64,000 nucleotides of DNA from Candidatus Nanoarchaeia archaeon (GTDB lineage: Archaea > Nanobdellota > Nanobdellia > Woesearchaeales > ARS49), in contig JBGPSD010000003.1 of assembly GCA_041489925.1 (NCBI GenBank), positions 1,993 through 65,992 on the forward strand, given 5' to 3'. The position numbers and the translations under genes were made by a program. A model generated the notes under the pieces. That model saw nothing but the letters and a program-made list of their open reading frames with translations. It was not told the DNA's origin and did no database searches. Positions 35,856-44,694 of the stretch are shown in pieces. Every line of letters starts with the position of its first letter. The first letter of the stretch is position 1.

Positions 35856-37492
35856 ACCGCGAACAAATTATTGAAATTGCGTTCCTGCTTATAATTTTTG
35901 GGGGCTTGCTTTACATCGGTCCAGGAGAGGTTTTCCAGCACAAACTAATTCATGAAAAGTCAGTGCAGTTCGGCGCAACAGACGGCTTCCTGTACGTCAT
36001 GCTCACAAGGCATGTTGCAGAGGCAGGCAATTTCCGCTACAATCCTTTCTACAGCGTTGCAGGCTTCAATGACTCAATCGCATATCATCCGCCATTAATG
36101 ATGCACATTGCAGGGGCATTTTCCCGCCTAAGCGGCTTGGAGGCGCATGATTCAATTTCGCTCATGATGGCGCTGTGCGCAATTTTCGGCGCGTTTATGA
36201 TTTACTGGCTGATAAGGGGCTTTAACAAGACTGTCGCGATTCTTGCCGCCCCTCTTTTCGTGTTCCTTTACATCAACAAATTCATCATAGGGTATGCCTG
36301 GGGTGAGGCGCTTCTTTATGGCGGCAGTTTTTTCCTTGTCGCGCTGTTCTTTTTGATGAGCAAGCCCGAACTTAAGCATTGGTGGGTGCCTGCAGGAATA
36401 CTCATAGGGGCTGCAATGAGCACCCACACCAGCGAGGCAATATTTTTTTACGGCTTTGCTGTCTTTTATATTGCCATGAAATTTTTGCTGAAGAAGCTTA
36501 CAAAAAGTGAGCTCAAGTGGCTTCTCAGGCAGCTTTGCCTTGCAACAATTCTCGCACTGGCTCTCTCATTTAACTATTTAATAATATTTTATAACGGCTA
36601 TTACCAGATTACCGGCGGATCATACACATCTCTAAGGGCAGTGAGCCCTGAGGAATTTGAGGCAATACGTGTTCCGCCATTGAATGACTTCAAATGGTTT
36701 GCAATGGCTGCAATCATCATAGGCGCAGTGGTTGCCCTGCTTCTTGCGCGCAAAGACCCGCATACAGCGCTCCTTGCAGCGGGATTCATGTTTCTTGTTG
36801 GGCTTACCAACTATGTCGGTCTGCATTACCGCGCATTCCAGACCCGCTTCCTGTGGCCGATATACCTTGCCTTGTTTTTTGGACTGGCGGTTTATTTCGT
36901 GCTGAAGCAGGTCCGCGTGGGAGGCGTCATTGTTCCTGCAATAATCGGGATTGCCATTGCTGCATTTTTCATCCATTCATACTACATCCAAATGCATCCT
37001 GACATGATTTATGACGGCCAGTGGGAGGGATTCAAGTGGGTTGAGAAGAACACCCCTGAAAGCGCAAGGACGCTTTTCACATACGGCGACGGTTACAGCC
37101 AGAGCCTGAGGCTGATTCAGCGCCAAGTTTTCCTGCTTGACCCGAATGACCTTATTGCAATTGCGCAGGAAGGAAAATTGCGCCGGATGATCAGGGCAGA
37201 CCCGATTCTGGTGAGCGAGATGTACCTGATTTACCGCAAAAGCCTGTTTGACTTTGGCTTTTACGGCAGGGAGCAGAACCTGACAATTTTCAACGCGCCG
37301 ATGGACGTGTGCGGGTTTGATTATTATGTGGTTGACCGCCAGAGCGCGTATGCGCCGCAGCTCGCGCAGATTGCCGCACAGGTGGCAAGCGTGATTCTAA
37401 CACACAATGCAACTCCTGTCTTCCAGAATGACCAGATTGTGATACTGAAAAACAACAATGTGGGGGGTGAATGCCTTGGCGAACCACAGTGA
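35852..37492 (+). CDS. GT-C-like multi-pass membrane protein, paralog of 39262-40881
   Basis: Multi-TM; TD..YHPPL, W...NTP...R; C-terminal ILKNN..G.C shared with 39262-40881. Confidence 0.65.
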   Translation: MNREQIIEIAFLLIIFGGLLYIGPGEVFQHKLIHEKSVQFGATDGFLYVMLTRHVAEAGNFRYNPFYSVAGFNDSIAYHPPLMMHIAGAFSRLSGLEAHDSISLMMALCAIFGAFMIYWLIRGFNKTVAILAAPLFVFLYINKFIIGYAWGEALLYGGSFFLVALFFLMSKPELKHWWVPAGILIGAAMSTHTSEAIFFYGFAVFYIAMKFLLKKLTKSELKWLLRQLCLATILALALSFNYLIIFYNGYYQITGGSYTSLRAVSPEEFEAIRVPPLNDFKWFAMAAIIIGAVVALLLARKDPHTALLAAGFMFLVGLTNYVGLHYRAFQTRFLWPIYLALFFGLAVYFVLKQVRVGGVIVPAIIGIAIAAFFIHSYYIQMHPDMIYDGQWEGFKWVEKNTPESARTLFTYGDGYSQSLRLIQRQVFLLDPNDLIAIAQEGKLRRMIRADPILVSEMYLIYRKSLFDFGFYGREQNLTIFNAPMDVCGFDYYVVDRQSAYAPQLAQIAAQVASVILTHNATPVFQNDQIVILKNNNVGGECLGEPQ

Positions 37493-37901
37493 GGCAAGAC
37501 CAGCGGAACCGCAGTTACGCGCTGCCTTGCATAATAAGACACAAATAACTCAGGAACTGAAATGGCTCGCCCTTGGCTATGTGGCGCTGAGCATTGCATT
37601 CTTTGTTGCATTCCAAAAAACTGAAACCGGAGCCCTGCTGCGCGCCACGGCAAGCATTTACTGGATGTTTGTCCTGCCTGGCTACGCGCTCTCGTTGTGC
37701 TCACGTCAGGGCTTTGTGGAAAGGTTTATAATAGGGGTATCAGTGCAGGCAGCTGTGTTTGGTCTTGCAAGTTATTATGCAGGACTGCTCGGCTGGCACG
37801 TGGCAACGCACGGCTTGGTGCTGCCATTTCTGAGCATAATAATCGGAATAATACTGTGGTGGAAGCGTGAAAAAACTGACAATCGTCATGCCGGTGTTTA
37901 A
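37476..37901 (+). CDS. Small membrane protein (DUF1616-like)
   Basis: FVLPGYAL..ERFIIG; probable TTG start after GGGGGTGA; paralog of 40878-41213. Confidence 0.6.
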   Translation: MANHSEARPAEPQLRAALHNKTQITQELKWLALGYVALSIAFFVAFQKTETGALLRATASIYWMFVLPGYALSLCSRQGFVERFIIGVSVQAAVFGLASYYAGLLGWHVATHGLVLPFLSIIIGIILWWKREKTDNRHAGV

Positions 37902-38559
37902 CGAGGCAAATACAATCCGCACAATACTGAAGCGCGTGCAGGATGTAAAGCTTCCTGTCAAAAAGGAAATAATAATCGTTGATGATTTCTCAACAGACGG
38001 CACGCGCGGCATCCTGAAAAGGCTAAAGGGCGTCAGGGTTTTGTACCATACAAGGAACAGGGGAAAGGGCGCTGCAATACGCACAGGGCTTGAGCATGCC
38101 ACAGGAGACATCATCACAATCCAGGACGCTGACCTTGAGTATGACCCCCGCGATTACGCAGTCCTTCTTGAGCCGATTCTTGCAGGCAGGGCAAAAGTGG
38201 TTTATGGCTCAAGGTTCAAGGGGCACCTGCTTAGCAGGGAAACACTGACAATCCCGACCCACTACATAGGCAACAGGTCACTTTCACTTGTGACAACCTT
38301 GCTTTACGGCCAGTGGGTAAGCGACATGGAAACCTGCTACAAGATGTTCACGCGAGAGGTCCTTAACAAGCTTCATCTGACTGCTGAGCGCTTTGATTTC
38401 GAGCCTGAAATAACAGCGAAAATACTGAAGCTGGGCCACAGGATACATGAAATACCAATCCACTTTCACCCGCGCGACTGGAAGCACGGCAAGAAGATAA
38501 ACTGGCGCGATGGCATCAAGGCATTGTACTGCCTGGTCAAATACAGAATAATGGACTGA
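37867..38559 (+). CDS. GT2 glycosyltransferase, DPM1-like
   Basis: PVFNE, VDDFSTDGT, NRGKGAA, QDADLEYDP, DMETCYK, FEPEIT. Confidence 0.9.
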   Translation: MKKLTIVMPVFNEANTIRTILKRVQDVKLPVKKEIIIVDDFSTDGTRGILKRLKGVRVLYHTRNRGKGAAIRTGLEHATGDIITIQDADLEYDPRDYAVLLEPILAGRAKVVYGSRFKGHLLSRETLTIPTHYIGNRSLSLVTTLLYGQWVSDMETCYKMFTREVLNKLHLTAERFDFEPEITAKILKLGHRIHEIPIHFHPRDWKHGKKINWRDGIKALYCLVKYRIMD

Positions 38560-38561
38560 GC

Positions 38562-39272
38562 ATGGCAGAAAACACTGGCAAAGAGACATTGGAGCGCATA
38601 AAGCCAATGCGCAATTACAACCGCTGGATTTATGAGAGGATTGCGCCTTTTGTCGGACAGCGCGTGCTTGAGGTGGGCTGCGGCATTGGCAACATGTTCC
38701 AGTTCTTCGCTGACCGAGAGCGCGTTGTCGGAATTGACATTGACCCAAAGCAGGTTGCAATGATAAAAAAAGCATTCAAAGGAAAGGAAAATATTCGGTT
38801 CGCTGTTGAAGACATTGAAAAGATTGATGTTAAAAAATATGCGCGCGAGAAATTTGACACAATTATCTGCCTTAATGTGCTTGAGCACATAAGGAATGAC
38901 GCAAAGGCATTGCGGATTTTTCAGAGGATTCTCGCCCCTGGCGGAACCCTTGTTCTGCAGATTCCGGCGCACAAATTCCTTTACAGCACCCTTGACAGGG
39001 GGCTGTCTCATTTCAGGCGCTATACGCGCAAGGGTTTGCTTTCAAAAACAATGCGGGCAGGCTTCACAACAGCACACTGCTCTTACATGAACATTTTCGG
39101 CATTCCCGGCTGGTTTGTCAATGGCAGATTATTACGAAGGAACATCCTTCCTGCCGGGCAATTAAAGGGTTTTGACAGGCTCCTGCCTATCCTGAAGCGC
39201 CTTGACCGCGCATTCAACCGCGTGGCAGGATTATCAATCATTTACGCAGGGAGGAAGCAGCATGGAGCGTAA
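38562..39272 (+). CDS. Class I SAM-dependent methyltransferase
   Basis: VLEVGCGIG, NVLEHI, L.PGG, HFRRY. Confidence 0.88.
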   Translation: MAENTGKETLERIKPMRNYNRWIYERIAPFVGQRVLEVGCGIGNMFQFFADRERVVGIDIDPKQVAMIKKAFKGKENIRFAVEDIEKIDVKKYAREKFDTIICLNVLEHIRNDAKALRIFQRILAPGGTLVLQIPAHKFLYSTLDRGLSHFRRYTRKGLLSKTMRAGFTTAHCSYMNIFGIPGWFVNGRLLRRNILPAGQLKGFDRLLPILKRLDRAFNRVAGLSIIYAGRKQHGA

Positions 39273-40881
39273 CGACCTCTTGTGCATCATTGCCATTGTC
39301 CTTGTAGCATTCATTGGGCTGTTCGCAAGGTATGCAATTTACGACGGCAAAATCACGCACGACTTCCCGATCACAGTAAATGCAGGAGACCCCAACTCGC
39401 GCTTGAGCGAAGTGGAGGGAATTCAGGAAAGCAGCAGCGCAAAATACATCCCGCCATGGTCAACCGGCGAGGCTGACCTGCTGATGATTGAGCCGCCGCT
39501 CCATCTTGTGATAGCGGCGCTGATGGCAGGCGCGTCTGGCGCTCAAATTTTTGACATACTCTATTTTGACGCAGTGATTGCAGGCATAGGAGCTGCGCTG
39601 TGCTTCTTCATTGTCTTCTCGCGGATATTGAACAACAGGGCGCTCGGGCTTATCGTGGCAGTTCTGCTGGTGTATCCGCTTGAGCAGTTTTTCCATTATC
39701 AGATAAACATAGGGATGTACGCAACCTTTTCTACCATTTTATTCTACCCGCTTGTCCTGTTCTTCCTGCATGAGCTGCTGAAGAAGCCGTCCTGGACCAA
39801 TGTCATCCTTGTGGCGCTGCCGTTCGCATTCCAGTTCCTGATGCACTCAAGCGAAGCGCTGGTATTTGGAATGGCAATCGGCCTGTATCTGCTGATATTC
39901 GAACGCAAAACCGTTGGCTGGAAAAAGGTCATTGGAATTGGCGTTTTTGTCCTGCTGTTTACACTGCCGTACTGGCCGCCGTTCGGCATGAATTACCTCA
40001 CAGGCGAAGGTCACGGTGTTTCCCTGTTTCAGGGCAAAGAAATCCTGCCGCCAACTTATGAACCGCAAATTTTCCTTACAAATGTGCTCCATCCCGCGTT
40101 TTACCTGCTTGCCCTGCTCGCGCTGGTGTTCACCTGGAACAAAAAGGATTACCGCCTTCTGAACTTCCTGTTTGTGTTCTATTTTCTGGTCATATTCGTG
40201 CTTGCCAAGTTTGGCATTGGCGCTTATCCAATCACCATGCGCGCGCGCCCGATATTCTTTATTTACGCATATCCCATTGTCGGCATAGGAATTTTCATTG
40301 TTGCTGACACAATAAGGCGCCTTATTTCGCTTCCGCGCAATATTTTCATTGGGGCAGTGGTTGTGCTACTGCTTATTGCGCAGGGGCATTATGCAATAAA
40401 CACTGAGCCTCTTGCCGGAACCCTGTTCACTCCTGACATCTACAAGGGCTTTGTCTGGATACGCGATAATTCGCCCAAGGACGCAAGAGTGCTTTGCATG
40501 GGCTGCAACCAGCTGGAAGGCGGCCGCTCCCACAGGATAGCAGGGCAGGCGGTCTATTGGGAAGAACCAAGCCTTCGGATGCTCGTGAACATCGCGAACA
40601 AGAACGGCACGCAGCTGCACGTCCAGCCTTACACTGCAACATACACTGACAAGAGGGTTATCAGCACCGGATTCTTAAGATTTGCCAACAGGGGATACCT
40701 GCCTGAAGAACGGCCGAGCATATGCTCGTATAATTACATTGCATTCAGAAGTGCTCCTGAGCAGGTCGCGCCTGTGTTCACAGCGATTGCCAAGAACCTG
40801 ATTGAAAAGAATGCCACGATTGTGTTTAGCACTCCAACAATGCTCGTACTCAAAAACAACCTCAAGGAGGGCTGCATATGA
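39262..40881 (+). CDS. GT-C-like multi-pass membrane protein, paralog of 35852-37492
   Basis: Start ATG 39262 after GGGAGG; GDP..EPPL, H.SE, WIRDNSP, LKNN..GC. Confidence 0.65.
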   Translation: MERNDLLCIIAIVLVAFIGLFARYAIYDGKITHDFPITVNAGDPNSRLSEVEGIQESSSAKYIPPWSTGEADLLMIEPPLHLVIAALMAGASGAQIFDILYFDAVIAGIGAALCFFIVFSRILNNRALGLIVAVLLVYPLEQFFHYQINIGMYATFSTILFYPLVLFFLHELLKKPSWTNVILVALPFAFQFLMHSSEALVFGMAIGLYLLIFERKTVGWKKVIGIGVFVLLFTLPYWPPFGMNYLTGEGHGVSLFQGKEILPPTYEPQIFLTNVLHPAFYLLALLALVFTWNKKDYRLLNFLFVFYFLVIFVLAKFGIGAYPITMRARPIFFIYAYPIVGIGIFIVADTIRRLISLPRNIFIGAVVVLLLIAQGHYAINTEPLAGTLFTPDIYKGFVWIRDNSPKDARVLCMGCNQLEGGRSHRIAGQAVYWEEPSLRMLVNIANKNGTQLHVQPYTATYTDKRVISTGFLRFANRGYLPEERPSICSYNYIAFRSAPEQVAPVFTAIAKNLIEKNATIVFSTPTMLVLKNNLKEGCI

Positions 40882-41213
40882 AACGCGTGCTGCAAACGCT
40901 TGGCGCTGCTTCAGCAATAATCCTTATGCTGGTCTGGAGCTTTACCCGGACTCCGGGAGAGGCATTTGGGATTACCATTGCAGCAGTGATGCTCTGGCTG
41001 GTGCCTGGCTATACGCTTGTGCATTTCACTGTTAAAGACCTGAAGGAATACGAGAAAGTGGTAATTGGCATTTTCATGGGCTATGGATTGACTGCCTGGC
41101 TTTTGTATTATCCTAATTTTTTCGGTTTGCCGACAGTAAGGCCCATCTTGGGATACCTGATTGGAATTGCCTGCTTGGCAGCGCTCCTTTTAATTGAAAG
41201 CAGGAAAAAATAA
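40878..41213 (+). CDS. Small membrane protein (DUF1616-like)
   Basis: LVPGYTL..YEKVVIG; four hydrophobic segments. Confidence 0.6.
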   Translation: MKRVLQTLGAASAIILMLVWSFTRTPGEAFGITIAAVMLWLVPGYTLVHFTVKDLKEYEKVVIGIFMGYGLTAWLLYYPNFFGLPTVRPILGYLIGIACLAALLLIESRKK

Positions 41214-41214
41214 T

Positions 41215-42135
41215 TCAGTTCTTTGCTTCCTTAAGCTTTAGATAGTCCTCAAGGAACCCTGTTACTGCATTTGAAGTGCCTGCGTGGTAGCGCGACGCCT
41301 CAAGCAGTGCAGGAGAGACTGTTGGAATCGCGTTTACAGGCTGAGCGACCTTCAGTACGGCGCGATAAGCCAGCTTTTTCATCTTAAGGGCTTCATTTGC
41401 ATCTTCTGCTGCTGCGCTTTCCCATTTCTTTGGCAATCGCACGCTTCCAAGGATAATGCGCAGTTTTGAGCCTTCAAGCTGGCGTGCAGTTTCATTTACC
41501 TCCTGTGCAGACAGGTCAATTATTTTGCTTAAATCAGCATAATCAGTGAAGGTTTTGTTGGCAATCCCCTGTTCCACATATTGGTCAAGAAGCCTGCCCC
41601 AGAATATGCTGAAATAGCTTTCCCTAACCGTCGGCAGTGCTGCCTGCTTTATTGTTGCGGCAATGTCGCGCGCCTGCTCATATCCAAAACAGCAGGTGAT
41701 ATTCAAGGCAACACCTTTTGAAGCAAGCTCTGCCATGACAGGAAGAGTGTCAATGTATGCGCGTTTTCCTTCAGGCCCATCAGTGACTTTGACTGAAGAA
41801 GGCGGGTTTTGCATTATTCCCGGACTGCACCGTTCTGCAGTGCGCTCATCAAGATAGAATGGCGCAGGAATCTTCACGACAATCCTGTTTTTGTCCCACT
41901 CATGAAACTTTTGCGCATCCTCAACCATTTTTTCAGGAATTATTGAGGTGACTTCAATGCTGAGCACTTTGCGTTCCAATACTTTCAAAATGTCCTGGCA
42001 GTGCGACTCGTACTTTTCCTCAGGGATTCCCATCTTTGACATCAGTGATGGGTTTGTTGTCCCGCCTGAAATCAGGTTTTTGTGCATTTTATACGCTTCA
42101 ATGTCCGGTGTGTCCAAAAAAAGTTCAACTGTCAT
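41215..42135 (-). CDS. tal: Transaldolase (TalC-type with insertions)
   Basis: LFLDT, GTTNPSL, SIEV, Schiff-base VVKIP, NITC, SIFWGR, GSVR. Glu in SIEV and Phe in SIF are the transaldolase, not the FSA, signature. Confidence 0.82.
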   Translation of the reverse strand: MTVELFLDTPDIEAYKMHKNLISGGTTNPSLMSKMGIPEEKYESHCQDILKVLERKVLSIEVTSIIPEKMVEDAQKFHEWDKNRIVVKIPAPFYLDERTAERCSPGIMQNPPSSVKVTDGPEGKRAYIDTLPVMAELASKGVALNITCCFGYEQARDIAATIKQAALPTVRESYFSIFWGRLLDQYVEQGIANKTFTDYADLSKIIDLSAQEVNETARQLEGSKLRIILGSVRLPKKWESAAAEDANEALKMKKLAYRAVLKVAQPVNAIPTVSPALLEASRYHAGTSNAVTGFLEDYLKLKEAKN

Positions 42136-42146
42136 TTTTATCCCCC

Positions 42147-42773
42147 CTAAGTCTGGTGTTTCTCTATCAGTTCCTTGAGCCTGAAAATCATCAAGTGCTG
42201 GATATCAGAATGAAACCCTTCAACAAGAGGTGTTGAGTCCTTTGGCACAATTATTGTTGCGTCGCAAATATCCTTGAATGCCCCGCCGTCAAATCCTGCC
42301 ATTCCGATTGCCTTGCCTCCGTGGTCTTTGACATATTGCATTGCCTTTGTGAGGTTCTGGCTCCATGTTCCTGCATTTCCCTTGCCTTTGCCGCCGTGCA
42401 CGCTGATTCCCAGCACAACGTCGCCGGGCTGCATGAAGTTCTCTATCTGGCCCACAAACACGTTTTCCCAGCCTTCATCATTTGTCCATGCTGTTGTAAG
42501 CGCGGGATTCTCAACAAGGGACATTGCCTTGAACCTCTTCTTGCCTTTGCACATTGTGGTCTTTGCGAGGTCTGCGGCAAAATGGCTTGCTGTTGCTGCG
42601 CTTCCTCCGCAGCCCATAACAAACACGTGGCTTCCGCTCCTCCATGCCTCAAACAGGATTTCGATTGCCTTATCGATCTGTGCGCGGTCAATTTTAGCAA
42701 TTATTTCGCCAACTTCTGCCAGGTAATTGTCAATGTGGCTCTTGTTGTCCGGAAATGATTGTGTTTGCTCCAT
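42147..42773 (-). CDS. gmhA: Second SIS-domain phosphoheptose isomerase (GmhA-like)
   Basis: GCGGSAATASHFAADL, TAWTNDEG, ISVHG, GFDGG, VEGFH. Confidence 0.8.
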   Translation of the reverse strand: MEQTQSFPDNKSHIDNYLAEVGEIIAKIDRAQIDKAIEILFEAWRSGSHVFVMGCGGSAATASHFAADLAKTTMCKGKKRFKAMSLVENPALTTAWTNDEGWENVFVGQIENFMQPGDVVLGISVHGGKGKGNAGTWSQNLTKAMQYVKDHGGKAIGMAGFDGGAFKDICDATIIVPKDSTPLVEGFHSDIQHLMIFRLKELIEKHQT

Positions 42774-42781
42774 TTTGCACC

Positions 42782-43789
42782 TCAGAAGGCCCTGCCGTCA
42801 TACACTATGCGGCTGCCTTCAAAATCAAACTTGAACGGTGTCTTGACAAGCCCTTCCTTGCCAAGAACGCCTGCAATCCTGTCGTGGTTGTCTTCGGCAT
42901 ACACCAGCAGGAATCCCCCGCCTCCTGCGCCGATAACCTTGCCGCCGAGCGCGCCGTTTTCCATTGCAAGCCGGTACCATTTGTCTATTGCCGAATTTGA
43001 CATCTTGTTAGTCAGCTTGCGCTTGAGCTCCCAATGGATATTCATCCATTCCCCAAAGCGCTTCAGTTCGCCGCGCTCAAAGCACTTCAGGCTTTCATTG
43101 CCTATTTTCTGTATTTCGTGGTAATAGTCAAAAATTGAATCAGATTTCTCGCTTCCGGAATCTTTCTCTGCTTTCTGCTTTTGTTCTGAAAGAATTTCGT
43201 TTGTTGACCTGCTTATTCCTGTGAAGAACAGCATAAGGTTGCGTTCGAGCAGCTTGACATTGTCGTGCGTTATGTTCACCGGCGACACTGTCACGCGCTG
43301 GTTTTTGCTTATCTTGAGGCTGCTTATGTTGCCAAATGCTGCTGCATACTGGTCCTGCTTGCCGCAAGGCTCCTTTAATACGCCCATTGTAATTGTTGAG
43401 GCGTCTTCTGCAAGCTTGTACTTGGATACAATCTCGCCGTTATAGTAATAGAGCGCGTTTAACAATCCCACAAGGAAGCTTTGCGAGGAGCCCAAACCAG
43501 TTCCTGCATTAACATCTGAGACAGAGTGGATTTCAATTCCTCCAGTGATGCCGACAAATTTCAGGGCTTCGCGGATAAGCGGATGCTCTATCTGGTCAAC
43601 ACTGTCCGCGAGTTCTGTTTTTGAATAGTTCAGCTTTATCTTTGAATCCATGCGCGGGCTTACTGTGATGTAGATGTACTTGTTTATCGCAGCAGTGACC
43701 AATGAGGAACCAAACTTTTCACAGTAGAAAGGCAAATCTGTTCCTCCCCCACCAAGTGAAATCCGCATCGGAGTGCGTGAAACCAGCAT
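42782..43789 (-). CDS. hddA: D-glycero-alpha-D-manno-heptose-7-phosphate kinase (GHMP family)
   Basis: RTPMRISLGGGGTD, GTGLGSS, GKQDQY, GGKVIGAGGGGF. Confidence 0.88.
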   Translation of the reverse strand: MLVSRTPMRISLGGGGTDLPFYCEKFGSSLVTAAINKYIYITVSPRMDSKIKLNYSKTELADSVDQIEHPLIREALKFVGITGGIEIHSVSDVNAGTGLGSSQSFLVGLLNALYYYNGEIVSKYKLAEDASTITMGVLKEPCGKQDQYAAAFGNISSLKISKNQRVTVSPVNITHDNVKLLERNLMLFFTGISRSTNEILSEQKQKAEKDSGSEKSDSIFDYYHEIQKIGNESLKCFERGELKRFGEWMNIHWELKRKLTNKMSNSAIDKWYRLAMENGALGGKVIGAGGGGFLLVYAEDNHDRIAGVLGKEGLVKTPFKFDFEGSRIVYDGRAF

Positions 43790-43851
43790 AAAACGCAGAA
43801 AAAGTATTCTATATAAAAAGCTTCCTAGACAAAGCTTATAAACTGGTGGTG

Positions 43852-44694
43852 TTACTTCTGTTCAGCAAATAAATTATCATCAATCCTGCGCAATGTGTAC
43901 AATGAGCCAGCAAGCAGCTCTTTCTTCTTGTCAAAAGTTGCAGGGTCATCCCACACTGCACTCAATACTTTGCCAGTGATTTGCCTGCCAGCCTCGCTGG
44001 CAAGATAAAGCGCGAGCTGCGCTGCTTTTTCAGGAGAGGTTCCTCCTGTTTCTTTCTGTCTTCTGCTTGCTTCAAGAAAATCAATGCCTGCGGCATCGCC
44101 TGCGGCAAGCACCTGGTCAAGCAGCCTGGTGTTTACTGCGCCAGGCGCAATCGCATTTACCTGGATGTTATATTGCTTGAGCTCATTGGCAAGCGCTTCT
44201 GTGAATCCGCATACTCCAAATTTGGAAGTGACATACGCAGAAAGATTTGGCTTCACAGAACCTCCCACTCCGCCTCCTGCAAGCGTGATTATTGTACCAT
44301 GCCCCTGCTGTTTCATAAGCGGAACCGCGGCATGTGCAGCATTTACAGTGCCCATGAGATTGACATCAATAGCTTCCTTCCAGGCTTCAGGAGTTGCCTG
44401 GTCAAAAGCGCCAATGGGGCCGTATATTCCTGCGCATGCAACCAGAACGTCAAGCCTTCCTGCGCGCTGATAAATCTCTCCGGCAACAGCCTTAAGCCTG
44501 CCTGCATCACGGACATCAGCAACAAATCCCTCGCAATTGCCGCCAAGCCCGCGAATATCCTCAATTGTGCGCTCAATGTCTGGTTTTGTGCGCGCACAAA
44601 CATACACATTATCCCGCGCTTTTGCAAATGCGGCAGCGACTGCCTTTCCTATTCCCTGGCTTCCGCCTGTAACAAACACTGCCTTACCTTGCAT
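43852..44694 (-). CDS. Short-chain dehydrogenase/reductase
   Basis: TGGSQGIG, CAGI, YVTSK, VNAIAPG; start ATG 44694 overlaps the upstream stop. Confidence 0.9.
   Translation of the reverse strand: MQGKAVFVTGGSQGIGKAVAAAFAKARDNVYVCARTKPDIERTIEDIRGLGGNCEGFVADVRDAGRLKAVAGEIYQRAGRLDVLVACAGIYGPIGAFDQATPEAWKEAIDVNLMGTVNAAHAAVPLMKQQGHGTIITLAGGGVGGSVKPNLSAYVTSKFGVCGFTEALANELKQYNIQVNAIAPGAVNTRLLDQVLAAGDAAGIDFLEASRRQKETGGTSPEKAAQLALYLASEAGRQITGKVLSAVWDDPATFDKKKELLAGSLYTLRRIDDNLFAEQK

Noticed and set aside
37491-37530. Small palindrome (AGGCA..GCGGaaCCGC..TGCCT) as a second in-frame repeat insertion
   Set aside because: Stems are short, there is no clear target duplication, and the gene start is uncertain.
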